The translations under genes were made by a program, and so were the position numbers. A DNA stretch of 63,837 nucleotides, filler included, from Octopus bimaculoides (lineage: Eukaryota): NCBI RefSeq assembly GCF_001194135.2. It is 6 parts of 5 records of this genome, joined end to end, with 100 filler letters (N's around TTAATTAATTAA, not from the genome) between each part and the next. Parts side by side here need not be neighbours in the genome. Positions count along the whole stretch, not along the records: positions 1 to 31,409 come from NC_068982.1; positions 31,510 to 42,406 come from NC_068989.1; 4 more parts are not named here. The stretch is one strand, 5' to 3'. The number at the start of each line of letters is the position of its first letter. Position 1 is the first letter of the stretch. Below, piece by piece: positions 24,151 through 36,964 of this stretch. Under the pieces are notes generated by a model. It was not told the DNA's origin and made no database searches. It was given only the letters and a program-made list of their open reading frames with translations.

Positions 24151-24550
24151 GGGCGCAGGAGTGGCTGTGTGGTAAGTAGCTTGCTCCCCAACCACATGGT
24201 TCCGGGTTCAGTTCCACTGCGTGGCACCTTGGGCAAGTGTCTTCTACTATAACCTCGGGCCGACCAAAGCCTTGTGAGTGGATTTGGTAGATGGAAACTG
24301 AAAGTAGCCCGTCGTATATATATGTGTGAGTGTGTGTATGCTTGTGTATCTATGTTTCTGTCCCCCACCATCGCGTGACAACCGATGTCGGTGTGTTTAC
24401 TTTCCCGTAAACTAGCGGTTCGACAAAAGAGACCGAAAGAATAAGTACTAGGCTTACAAAGAGTAAGTCCTAGGGTCGATTTGTTCGACTAAAGGTGGTG
24501 CTCCAGTATGGCCGCAGTCAAATGACTGAAACAAATAAAAGAATAAAAGA
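24151..24550 (+). mobile_element. SINE family B, full-length and best-preserved copy
   Basis: gggcgcaggagtggctgtgtggtaag (A box), ggttcagttcc (B box), internal TA/TG tract, 3' tail aaaagaataaaagaa. It resembles tRNA-derived SINEs described from Octopus. Confidence 0.92.
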
Positions 24551-25751
24551 ACACATATATATATAGATACATACATACATGCAATATTTATATTCTATAT
24601 CGTTATAATTATTGCTAATATACACTCCAGGTTATATTAGCGTCCAGAGAAGTGAACATAGGATTACCCATAGGAAGAATTTACAGCGTGACAACTAATA
24701 GTAGTCATAGCACAGACGTTAAATACTAATCGATGCGGTTAGCCGTAACCTGGAACATAAGTGAGAGCCACCACGGTATCGGCCCGGATAATATATCCCT
24801 CCAAACTCACACTATATATATAGATATAGATACATATATATGCATACATATATTCATATATAGAGAGATAAATAGATATAGATATATCAAACATAGAAAA
24901 GAGGTATGGCAGTCAAAGCTTTGTAGCACATACACGACATGTCTGCAAATAACCATCATAATTGTATAACTATAATAGAAACATTATATAATCTTGCAAA
25001 CGCTTTACTGTGCACGATCTTTGGTTACGTGTCACACTACACAGCGCCTTAATTCGATACATGTGCGTGTGCGCGCGCGCGTGTGTGTGTGTGAGTGTTA
25101 ACTGAGTGCTTCGTTACCATAGAGACTTCAAAACTTGAATTCTCCCACGCTTCTAAAGATGGCCACGAGGAAAATGCTTCACTGTATCATCCATTTTGAA
25201 TTGCCAGATTTTAAGAATGAATCCCTCAGTACTGTTATTCATACCCAACCAAACATAAAAGTTGGATTCCTTGATAGAAATAATGTTGGAACAGACAGAT
25301 AAAATTTTGAATTGGGATTATTACAGAAATTTCGTCTAATCTTTTCTTCTTCATTCTTATGTTAATTTCTGATAGAGGAATATATTATTCAATGAGATTG
25401 TTGGAAAGGAATCTTTAAAATTCCTCTAGTGTAGACGAAAAATTTCATATTCTTATAAGAAGCCTGAAGAATGTCAAAGAAGCCTTTTCTTTCCAAGATT
25501 AATTCTAATTCCTAAAGATAACAGAATTCCAGTTCAAAGCACAAAGATTATGGAATGCTAATGGAATTTTGGATGAAAACATAGAAATGTTGGTAATTGA
25601 TAGTTACCTCCTATGGAAAGGGTTTAAGAATGAGGTGGTGTGGGGTAGGGAGACTTAGCAGTGAACAAATTAAGATAATTACAGTAAATTGTTTAGTATT
25701 ATTGTTTAGAAATCGATGTACTCTGCCGTGTGAACACATGGTCAATTATCT

Positions 25752-25935
25752 TTTTTTATCTTTTACTTGTTTCGGTCAGTCAACTACGACCATGTTGGGG
25801 CGCTGCCATGTAGGATTTTAGTCGGATAAATCGACCCCAGTACTTATTATATTTTAAGTCTGGTACTTATTCGAACGGCTAAGATACGGGAATATAAACA
25901 AACCAACACTGATTGTCGAGCGGGGGGGTGACAAA
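25752..25935 (-). mobile_element. SINE family B 3' half
   Basis: Reverse complement of the family B 3' region. Confidence 0.7.
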
Positions 25936-25992
25936 AGCAAGTATACACATACATATACATATAACACACACACACTCACACATATATGTATG

Positions 25993-26031
<39 letters not shown>

Positions 26032-26034
26032 TTA

Positions 26035-26194
26035 AGGAATGGAGAAAACGCATGTTATAATTGCATACTTTATTCCTACATATGTTTCAAAGGGTTACAA
26101 CCTGTGTGATCCATATGGATCACACAGGTTGTAACCCTTTGAAACATATGTAGGAATAAAGTATGCAATTATAGCATGCGTTTTCTCCATTCCT
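26035..26194. repeat. Loop-less palindrome, 80-bp arms, 1 mismatch, centred between 26114 and 26115; the right arm runs into a gap
   Basis: aggaatggagaaaacg...tgtgatccat|atggatcaca...cgttttctccattcct. A single diverged copy of the arm is at 44411-44500. Confidence 0.95.
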
Positions 26195-27464
26195 NNNNNN
26201 NNNNNNNNNNNNNNNNNNNNNNNNNNNNNNNNNNNNNNNNNNNNNNNNNNNNNNNNNNNNNNNNNNNNNNNNNNNNNNNNNNNNNNNNNNNNNNNNNNNN
26301 NNNNNNNNNNNNNNNNNNNNNNNNNNNNNNNNNNNNNNNNNNNNNNNNNNNNNNNNNNNNNNNNNNNNNNNNNNNNNNNNNNNNNNNNNNNNNNNNNNNN
26401 NNNNNNNNNNNNNNNNNNNNNNNNNNNNNNNNNNNNNNNNNNNNNNNNNNNNNNNNNNNNNNNNNNNNNNNNNNNNNNNNNNNNNNNNNNNNNNNNNNNN
26501 NNNNNNNNNNNNNNNNNNNNNNNNNNNNNNNNNNNNNNNNNNNNNNNNNNNNNNNNNNNNNNNNNNNNNNNNNNNNNNNNNNNNNNNNNNNNNNNNNNNN
26601 NNNNNNNNNNNNNNNNNNNNNNNNNNNNNNNNNNNNNNNNNNNNNNNNNNNNNNNNNNNNNNNNNNNNNNNNNNNNNNNNNNNNNNNNNNNNNNNNNNNN
26701 NNNNNNNNNNNNNNNNNNNNNNNNNNNNNNNNNNNNNNNNNNNNNNNNNNNNNNNNNNNNNNNNNNNNNNNNNNNNNNNNNNNNNNNNNNNNNNNNNNNN
26801 NNNNNNNNNNNNNNNNNNNNNNNNNNNNNNNNNNNNNNNNNNNNNNNNNNNNNNNNNNNNNNNNNNNNNNNNNNNNNNNNNNNNNNNNNNNNNNNNNNNN
26901 NNNNNNNNNNNNNNNNNNNNNNNNNNNNNNNNNNNNNNNNNNNNNNNNNNNNNNNNNNNNNTATATATATATATATATATATGAAGGAAAAGAGAACTAC
27001 AACACTCTTATTATTATTATTATATATATATATAATTCAAAAAATTGGAGTCAACAAGAAGGAATACGGCTGGACATTTATTTTTTAATCACTTCAATTG
27101 TTTCCACGCAACGTAGTTCTCCAGGTGTGAAGGTACTTGATTATGCAGCTGTTGTCTTGCATTATGACATCTAGTTGTGTCTCCTCAGGCGATATATAAA
27201 TATTATCTCCCTAAGGTTAAAATCCTCAGCTTCAAGAACATCCTATCTGTCTGTCGTGGCCTGGATTTAGTAATAGTCACTGCTTTGAATGTGTAGACGT
27301 AGTGGATGGTGATTCTGGTACTGTTAAATTGGTTGTCGTTTTAAAGGAATTAGCATTTTATTTCTTTGTACTGATTTGTTCTTCATGGTTGGTTACACAT
27401 GCGATTGTCCTTAGCTGGCCTTTAAGATTCAACGCTCGGGCACATACACGCATATACACATACA

Positions 27465-27516
<52 letters not shown>

Positions 27517-27721
27517 CATATATATACATATATATACACATGCACCTACATATACATATGTACATACCCTCTTACATATACGGATATGTACGCGTACTCA
27601 CACACATCCACATATATAAACATACCTACACTCGCACGCATATGCATACACACGCTTACACATATATATATCCATACACATATACAAATACACAAACATA
27701 TATACGCATATATATATATAC

Positions 27722-27900
27722 AACGGGCTTCCATGTAGTTTCCATTTAACAAGTTCTATCACGTGGCTTTGATCGGAACGGGACTTTAGTGAAAAACATT
27801 TGCAATATATACACCGCGAAATCGGGGAACCGCCAATGGCTCGGAAAGGACCCTTGATCTCTTATTTTGTTATATACATGCGCGTACAGACGTGTATGTT

Positions 27901-27966
<66 letters not shown>

Positions 27967-28172
27967 AGGTCCACTACCACCGCTTGACAACCGGCTTCGT
28001 TTACATCCGCGTAACCTCACGGTTCAACATAAGCGACCCTTAGAATAAGCACCAAATTTTAAAAATATGCGCTGGGATCGATTTGTTCAATGAAACCCTT
28101 TTAAGGTGGTGTACCAGCATGGCTGCAGTCGAATGACTGGAACAGGTAAAAGGTAAAAGATAAGACTGGTAA
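27722..28172. mobile_element. SINE family B fragments: 5' part on the minus strand (27722-27850) and 3' part on the plus strand (27900-28172)
   Basis: Matches to the two halves of 24151-24550 in opposite orientation. Confidence 0.7.
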
Positions 28173-28255
28173 ATAACAATTGGCCATTCTACTATTGAAG
28201 AGATGATTATAGCAAAAAAGGTGGACTCGTTGTCGTTCTAAATATATATCTAAAC

Positions 28256-28578
28256 AAGGGGTTCGCAACCATCTTTTATCTATGGATCCTTTTGATTACT
28301 ATTTTACTCTGGTGGACCCCCGTAGTCATTCGATTGTTATAAACTAGTTTTGTAGATACTACTTTCAAAATTCCTATTTCGTACATCAACTTGTATAGGT
28401 TTGAACTATGTAAAATGTTCGAGAAAGAAACCGAGCTGTTTCTTGCATTACATGCCAATACACACAACTAAAGCAGAAAATTTTAAGGGCCCTTAAGATA
28501 CTATTGTGGATCCATAATTTACTATTTTGTTGCGTAGACCCCCAAAATTCTTGTATGGATCCCGGTTGAGAACCACTT
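28256..28578. mobile_element. hAT-type MITE (323 bp) with an 8-bp target-site duplication
   Basis: TIRs AAGGGGTTCGCAACC / AAGTGGTTCTCAACC (13/15 match). The perfect TSD ATCTAAAC at 28248-28255 and 28579-28586 resembles the hAT/Charlie NTCTAGAN target. Confidence 0.85.
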
Positions 28579-30069
28579 ATCTAAACAAACGAGGTACCTA
28601 CTCATACAGCTAATGATAAACGGTAATCATACACAATAAAGTAACAAACTGAAGAATCTGAAGAAATTTCCTTAACTGAAGTGAAACAAGCCATGAAACG
28701 CTTGTCACATAACACCATATTGTTTAGAGGTCAAATGGATTCAATGTGGAAATAAAAGTGCAAATATGTGCACAATAAATCATACTCAGAAACGCACAAA
28801 TGATAATGGGGTACAATATTCAAATTCTTATGCTGAATCCCCCCGCAGAGATTTAAAATTGCACTTTCCAAATAATAAAAATGCTAAATAGACTTGCCCA
28901 GTGGGTCGTAGCTTAATTGGGATTTTTTAAAATATCTTTGTGAAAGTTATACATAATGTTTCTGCTGCTATTTGCATATCAGCCTCTGTAGGAAACACAT
29001 CAGTTTTGTTAGAAGAACAATACATAACTGGTGTACTACAGTATATAGTACATGTGACGTCCAAATAGTGACAAGATTCTATATGAAAATCTAATCTAAT
29101 AACTGTTCGAGAATTTAAATACACATCTTGAGAAAATAAACAATTATGTGTTGATGGAAGTTGTTTATGGAAGCGTTGAGACGGCCCTGGGGTAAACAGA
29201 GAGATAAAGAAAGAGACAGGGAAGGAGGCTCATAGAAAGAAACAGAAAGTGAGAGGAAAAGAAACAGAGGTAAACAGAGGTGACTAGAAACAGAGAAAGA
29301 GACAGAATTTTAAATGGAATTAAAGAAACAAGAATGAGGATAATTCTATGGAGAAATGAATGTGGAAAAAGCAAAAGCAATTCCAAGAAATAATCAGTCT
29401 CTGAGGCAGCTGAAACAGCAAACTGATTATAAAAATGGTGAGGAGCCGGCAGCATAATAGGTAAATGTATAAGTGCTCTATCTAGAAAATGTGGTTGGTG
29501 TTGGATTAAGATGATCGTGAGATCAATTTACATATGTTCGCAGGCCCACCAGGCAATACGTTAAACTAAATGCTAGATTAATTATAGATGATTTTTTTTT
29601 AAATAATGTATATTTCATTGTAATTGCATGAATTCTGTATGAAATAACATATTTAACGATAAAACCATTTAATGCATTGCACTCTATCAAAAATAGGTTA
29701 GCAAGAAATAAAATGTAGTATTAATATACTGTAGTTTAATGTTGGCTGTATATTTTCATCTGATTGTAAAAAAGCGAACAGGTTTGCATGCGTATTAAAA
29801 TAAATTTCGTACAATTTTAAAATCCAGTAAACTCTTTCAGTGGCGCTATCAAGGGGATTGTGTATCTGAGGTTCAGCAGATATTGCCATTGTCCGTGCTT
29901 ACGTTTAGTATCATAGTCAAATTTCCAAATGAGTATCACTTAGTAGCATGTACCACGCTGTTACTGATTATTTTAGTAGGTAATCGCGGGCAGACATAAA
30001 CATTGTCTTGACCTTGCACCGCATCCAGGATGTGACAATTTGATGGAATGAGTGCTGCACCTGCACTGA

Positions 30070-30200
30070 GATGGTGCTCATTACAGCCGAGTAGATTGTA
30101 ACAACACGAAATGAAATAGTTTGTTCAAGAACACAACGAGTTACTCAGACCAGGAATTCGAAACCATGACCTTGTTAACCACTAGGCCAGGCACCTTTGC
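30070..30200 (-). mobile_element. SINE family C copy
   Basis: The minus strand reads ggtgcctggcctagtggttaa...ggtttcgaattcctgg...cgttgtgttcttgaacaaac. Confidence 0.65.
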
Positions 30201-30398
30201 TCTCTGCCTCAAACTATTCCCTTCTATAAATGCACACATCACCCCGCCTCCTCTTCCCTTCCTAACACCCCCATAGAACCACATTCCCTTCAAGACCCCT
30301 AACTCCTTTCTTCCTTTTTCTAAACACCTTTTCTTATTCTTTATTATTCGTAATGAAAGACTAGCATCCAAAACATCAAAGCTTTCCCATCTTTTTAA

Positions 30399-31207
30399 GT
30401 CAACTAATACATTTGTAAAAACTTGTCCGTTCCATGTTGACTTACTTTTGTGCTCATTACCTTAACATTAATCCCGAGACATTTTTCTCTCTCTGTTTCC
30501 CGCGTCTCTCTCTCTCTCTCCCTCTCACCATTTCATTTTTTCCTCTCATCACTTTCTGTCGAAGAACATAGGCTCTATACGTCATAGATTTTTCCATTCT
30601 TCCCGAGCGTCGTCAAACTAATTGTTTGTTCTCGAGCATCGTCAAACTGTTCGTTCCCCCGACTTACTTAGTCTTTTGTTTCCTGTACCTTTAAGCTATA
30701 TATGTATATGTGTGTGTGTATATATAGAGAGAGAGAGCGAAAGAGAGAGAGAGAGGGAGAGAAAGATTTAATCGTCAATATTTTTTCCTTTATGGTACAT
30801 ACATACATACATACATACGTACATCCATACATGTGCATGTGCACACGCACTGCCCACATACATGTGCACAAGCAAACAAAAAGAACGCAGTTCAGATAAC
30901 GGACAGTTAACGACTATTAAAAAGGTTACAAGACGCAACGAAAATTTTAGGAGAAATAAATAAATGAGTGGAAACTTTACCGGTGAGTGTTAAATAATGA
31001 GGTACTAAGAGAGAATGACTCTCCCCAGACANNNNNNNNNNGTCAACTAATACATTTGTAAAAACTTGTCCGTTCCATGTTGACTTACTTTTGTGCTCAT
31101 TACCTTAACATTAATCCCGAGACATTTTTCTCTCTCTGTTTCCCGCGTCTCTCTCTCTCTCTCCCTCTCACCATTTCATTTTTTCCTCTCATCACTTTCT
31201 GTCGAAG
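30399..31207 (+). repeat. Identical 166-bp direct repeat (30399-30564 and 31042-31207), probably PLE pseudo-LTR-like sequence
   Basis: The copies are identical. The second starts at a 10-N gap, but the preceding contig does not end in this sequence and the 3' flanks differ. Confidence 0.75.
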
Positions 31208-31409
31208 GAGCGAACACGTTACAATGAAGTAGAGAAATTTGAAAAGACAACACGAAACCGGTTATTTCTCAAAATACAATGTTTATATACCAAAAAGATT
31301 TTATAACATTTTTTCTGACATAATTTAAATATATACTTTAACCATGTAACACAAGCCTTCTGTAGTTTTTTCACTCTTATTATCTTTTATACATCCAACC
31401 ACGTGCTTT

Positions 31410-31509
31410 NNNNNNNNNNNNNNNNNNNNNNNNNNNNNNNNNNNNNNNNNNNNTTAATTAATTAANNNNNNNNNNNNNNNNNNNNNNNNNNNNNNNNNNN
31501 NNNNNNNNN
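31410..31509. other. Synthetic scaffold spacer 44N-TTAATTAATTAA-44N (also at 42407-42506, 54785-54884, 60297-60396 and 62370-62469)
   Basis: The same 100-bp layout occurs five times; TTAATTAATTAA is palindromic with stops in all six frames. Confidence 0.95.
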
Positions 31510-31548
<39 letters not shown>

Positions 31549-31639
31549 CAGCCTAACACATACATGCATATATACGTAAACATGCATGTAATTGTAAATG
31601 TGAATATATACACATATGTATGTAGTTATACATATGTGT

Positions 31640-32100
31640 GTATATGTGTGTGTGTGGACGTACTGTGTTCAAAACATAAATATATCAGTATCCGTCATAA
31701 ATCGTTTAGCAACGGTGATGAGAACGTTTAGCAGTGGTAATGAGAATGCAAGATACTCATTCCGGATTCATTGGGTTTTGTCAGTAGCATGTATTCACTT
31801 TTACTTAATAATGATTGAATACTCACCAGTATTGCTATCAATATTTTCCAATATCAGTGGCGACGGATTTTGTCTCTGCCGGCGGTTGTCAGTTTTGTAC
31901 ATACTACTGACTAAGCCTACCAATGCAGAAATGGGCATTCTCACCACCTCTCTTCGACGATTTTCTTCTGATACTAATACATATATGTTTTTAAACTCAT
32001 AGTGCCAGTTTTTACATAAAGTAAGTCCATGAGAGATATTATCTCCGAACAAATAACGCTGGTGATTTCGTTTTTCGGACGTATTTGGTTTAGGTGTATT
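31640..32100 (-). mobile_element. Decayed mariner-type transposase N-terminal remnant
   Basis: ORF 31801-32052 FGDNIS..TLCKNWHYEFKN...EENRRR...DNRR resembles the mariner HTH (YG...V.NW..EFK.G...DE.RSGRP...DRR). The rest is too decayed to read. Confidence 0.4.
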
Positions 32101-32619
32101 ACACAGATGGCGATTTTAATCTCTTACAGCTTCTATTGTACGAATTTACATATCTTTATTTTATCTTTTACTGGTTTCAGTTGTAAGCCTGTGGACTGTG
32201 GCCACACTGGGGAAGAACATTGAAGTATTTTCAGTCAAATGAATAGGCCACGTAACCTTCCTCAACCAATCGCAGCCCACCTTACAGTAATAACAGTCAA
32301 CTTCTTTCATTCAAATTCAAAATGGTTGAAGACTAGCATCACGCTTGAATCTCGGAGTACCACTGAATTTAAATTAAACTGCTTTGATCCACACACACAC
32401 ACGCACACACGCACACTCATAGTTCGGTTTACTTTTTTTATTATTATTTATGCTTTAGTCTAGCGCAAAAGCGCCCGAATTCATTTTCTAGCGGAATCCT
32501 TCGAAGATTTACGCAAACTTCTGTGCCGATATGTTTTGAAAACCACGCCCTCACAACGCAATTTTTTTTTAGAAGTAAATTACTCAATAAAAATGCATAT
32601 AAATCATTTTCGATTAGAC

Positions 32620-33060
32620 CAGTGGTTCTCAACCCTGTCCATATGACGCCTGGCGGTCCAGATAAAGTTTTTTTTTTTTTTTTTAAGGAGCCAATAGAGT
32701 AAAATAGGAATGAAAGGGCTCCATAGGTAAAAAATGCAGAAACGTTATTCACAATTTAACATGTATTATCCCACATGTCTAGGACAAACATTTTTTTCCG
32801 GAACTATTTCCGCAGCAAAAGGCATTCTCATGTCCGAATGCACTCGAACCTTTTAAATATGATATTATTGTAATATATTTTGTTCAACGCTACTATGTAT
32901 GACATTATTTACATATAACTTATTATTCTGAAAGAGTAAATACCATGTTTTCTACAAAATACACTTTAATTAAATTTTATTAAAAGACACTTTTATTCTC
33001 GTGGAGCGCCAGAATTTTTTTCTTTTTTTTTTTATGGAATCTACTGAAACACTGCCTTGA
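32620..33060. mobile_element. Probable hAT MITE related to 28256 (left TIR only is clear)
   Basis: CAGTGGTTCTCAACC at 32620 is preceded by GATTAGAC; the right end is degenerate and no matching TSD was found. Confidence 0.4.
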
Positions 33061-34933
33061 GTAATAATATGTACCCATGTACGTCACTGCCGTCATAGAC
33101 GGGTGAGCTCGAAAGGATGTGTGTTCTCAAAAGAGGCAGAAAAAAACAGTAATTGAAGTGGCTGATTTTCTAAGGAGAAAGAATTGGACGTAAAGACATC
33201 ATTTACGAGTCAGGCATTGGAGTGTATCTCTAAACAACCTCATATTAATCAGTCGTTTTTTTTTTTGTTTTTTTTCTATCTTTGAATGCGGTTTAGGATG
33301 TCTGTGTGAGAGGGAGCAGCACTATCCAGGTGTAGGAGGGGACTCATACATTGAGTTTTGTATATAGGGTTAGTAAAAGGAGATCGGAGGCATTCTAGTC
33401 CTTTATCTCATAATATACCTAGGATTAGATTATGGAATGTTTTTCTTTTTTTAGTAAGTAACGTGTGATTTGAGGGACATTTGGTTGCTATTTTAGCAAG
33501 TAGAGGCTCCCTCGTCGACTCGAGTGTATTGTTATATTGAAACTGTCTCTAGTAAGCCATTCCTGGAAGTTATTTCATAATTCTTGACACAAAGTTCCTA
33601 TTGAACTATCAAACAATTCGACTACCTCTACATTGATAGGTCACTTATTTTATAAGATGCTTTCTTGAATTATGAACCTGATCTAACTTAGAACATTCAA
33701 TATCTCACCCTACACCTGATGCGGTCACGTCTGATTAATTTACATACAGTAATCAGTAACTGATAAGTCGCTGATTAGTTTGACCTAGATAAAACGGACC
33801 ATGCTCGGGAACACCGACCGTGGAAGAAAATTTCGGCGTAGTCACCAAAGCGGGCAAAAACAGTAACTAAATCTTTCTGAAGTCAGACCTTCTTGTTTTA
33901 AAAATTAGAAGAACACATTAAACTATTCAATCCCATATCCTCCTCAAAGAGATAGGATGGTCACAGGTGGAACACCCTCGATCATACATCTGCTTGATCA
34001 CAGTTTACAAAAACACTTGTTCATTGTTCCAAGNNNNNNNNNNNNNNNNNNNNNNNNNNNNNNNNNNNNNNNNNNNNNNNNNNNNNNNNNNNNNNNNNNN
34101 NNNNNNNNNNNNNNNNNNNNNNNNNNNNNNNNNNNNNNNNNNNNNNNNNNNNNNNNNNNNNNNNNNNNNNNNNNNNNNNNNNNNNNNNNNNNNNNNNNNN
34201 NNNNNNNNNNNNNNNNNNNNNNNNNNNNNNNNNNNNNNNNNNNNNNNNNNNNNNNNNNNNNNNNNNNNNNNNNNNNNNNNNNNNNNNNNNNNNNNNNNNN
34301 NNNNNNNNNNNNNNNNNNNNNNNNNNNNNNNNNNNNNNNNNNNNNNNNNNNNNNNNNNNNNNNNNNNNNNNNNNNNNNNNNNNNNNNNNNNNNNNNNNNN
34401 NNNNNNNNNNNNNNNNNNNNNNNNNNNNNNNNNNNNNNNNNNNNNNNNNNNNNNNNNNNNNNNNNNNNNNNNNNNNNNNNNNNNNNNNNNNNNNNNNNNN
34501 NNNNNNNNNNNNNNNNNNNNNNNNNNNNNNNNNNNNNNNNNNNNNNNNNNNNNNNNNNNNNNNNNNNNNNNNNNNNNNNNNNNNNNNNNNNNNNNNNNNN
34601 NNNNNNNNNNNNNNNNNNNNNNNNNNNNNNNNNNNNNNNNNNNNNNNNNNNNNNNNNNNNNNNNNNNNNNNNNNNNNNNNNNNNNNNNNNNNNNNNNNNN
34701 NNNNNNNNNNNNNNNNNNNNNNNNNNNNNNNNNNNNNNNNNNNNNNNNNNNNNNNNNNNNNNNNNNNNNNNNNNNNNNNNNNNNNNNNNNNNNNNNNNNN
34801 NNNNNNNNNNNNNNNNNNNNNNNNNNNNNNNNNNNNNNNNNNNNNNNNNNNNNNNNNNNNNNNNNNNNNNNNNNNNNNNNNNNNNNNNNNNNNNNNNNNN
34901 NNNNNNNNNNNNNNNNNNNNNNNNNNNNNNNNN

Positions 34934-35490
34934 CATACATACAAACATACATACATACATACATACATACATACATACATGCATACATACATACATACTT
35001 ACATACGTACATACATACATGCATACATACAAACATACATACATACATACATATATACATACATACATACAAACATACATACATACATACATACATACAT
35101 ACATACGTACATACATACATACATACATACATACATACAAACATACATACATACATACATACATACATACAAACATACATACAAACATACATACATACAT
35201 ACATACAAACATACATACATACATATATACATACATACATACATACAAACATACATACATACATACATACATACATGCATACATACATACATACATACAT
35301 ACATACAAACATACATACTTACATACATACATACAAACATACATACATACATACATACAAACCTACATACATACATACCTACATACAAACATACATACCT
35401 ACAAACATACATACATACAAACATACATACATACATACATACAAACCAACATACATACATACATACATACATACATACAAACATACACAC

Positions 35491-35521
<31 letters not shown>

Positions 35522-35527
35522 CATACA
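34934..35527. repeat. ~600-bp (ACAT)n array with ACAA/ACTT/ACGT variants
   Basis: Directly visible; it is the source of the HTYI/MYVC pseudo-ORFs. Confidence 0.98.
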
Positions 35528-36906
35528 TGGATGGATGGGTACTTTGCTATCGTTTCGCTTTCTCTCTAGGATTTTCTTTTTCGTTTTCGCTCTATCACCT
35601 TTCTTATATTTCATTTCATTTATTCATCTATTTATTTGTTGTGGAACGATGATGGAGCAGGGCGAAGGTTTTTTTTCTTCTGTTTTTTTTCATAAATTGT
35701 TCAGCCTTAACTACCATCCACCCCACCCTCCCACCTCCGCCCTTTATCTCACTGCTGGAATACAATTGTCCTATTCAGGTAAAAGCCTCCGTCCCACAAC
35801 AGACGCGAGTCGTGTCGTAGTAAATTCACCGACAAATGTTTCTTGACAGCCATTCTATCCACCACTCTTTTATACCTACCGACACAGAGAGAAGATTAGG
35901 TGTATACAGTGTGAAGCCACAGATACATATATATATACATACGTACATACATACATGCATATATATACGCACACATACACACACACACACACACATACAT
36001 ACAAGCGTATATGCGTCTGGATAGGTATATATATATATATATATAAACAATATATGAGTATATGCATATATATGTACGTGTATGTATATACGTTCATCTA
36101 CATGTACATATAGATACATAACTGGGTACATGACGTGGCAAAAGAACATGGACAAAACGGTAAACAAGGTGCAACAAACAAGCAGGCCACATAGAAACAT
36201 CCCCTTCNNNNNNNNNNNNNNNNNNNNNNNNNNNNNNNNNNNNNNNNNNNNNNNNNNNNNNNNNNNNNNNNNNNNNNNNNNNNNNNNNNNNNNNNNNNNN
36301 NNNNNNNNNNNNNNNNNNNNNNNNNNNNNNNNNNNNNNNNNNNNNNNNNNNNNNNNNNNNNNNNNNNNNNNNNNNNNNNNNNNNNNNNNNNNNNNNNNNN
36401 NNNNNNNNNNNNNNNNNNNNNNNNNNNNNNNNNNNNNNNNNNNNNNNNNNNNNNNNNNNNNNNNNNNNNNNNNNNNNNNNNNNNNNNNNNNNNNNNNNNN
36501 NNNNNNNNNNNNNNNNNNNNNNNNNNNNNNNNNNNNNNNNNNNNNNNNNNNNNNNNNNNNNNNNNNNNNNNNNNNNNNNNNNNNNNNNNNNNNNNNNNNN
36601 NNNNNNNNNNNNNNNNNNNNNNNNNNNNNNNNNNNNNNNNNNNNNNNNNNNNNNNNNNNNNNNNNNNNNNNNNNNNNNNNNNNNNNNNNNNNNNNNNNNN
36701 NNNNNNNNNNNNNNNNNNNNNNNNNNNNNNNNNNNNNNNNNNNNNNNNNNNNNNNNNNNNNNNNNNNNNNNNNNNNNNNNNNNNNNNNNNNNNNNNNNNN
36801 NNNNNNNNNNNNNNNNNNNNNNNNNNNNNNNNNNNNNNNNNNNNNNNNNNNNNNNNNNNNNNNNNNNNNNNNNNNNNNNNNNNNNNNNNNNNNNNNNNNN
36901 NNNNNN

Positions 36907-36964
<58 letters not shown>

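Noticed and set aside
24151-24230. tRNA genes at SINE heads
   Set aside because: A/B boxes are present but no complete cloverleaf is evident, and each continues into a SINE body.
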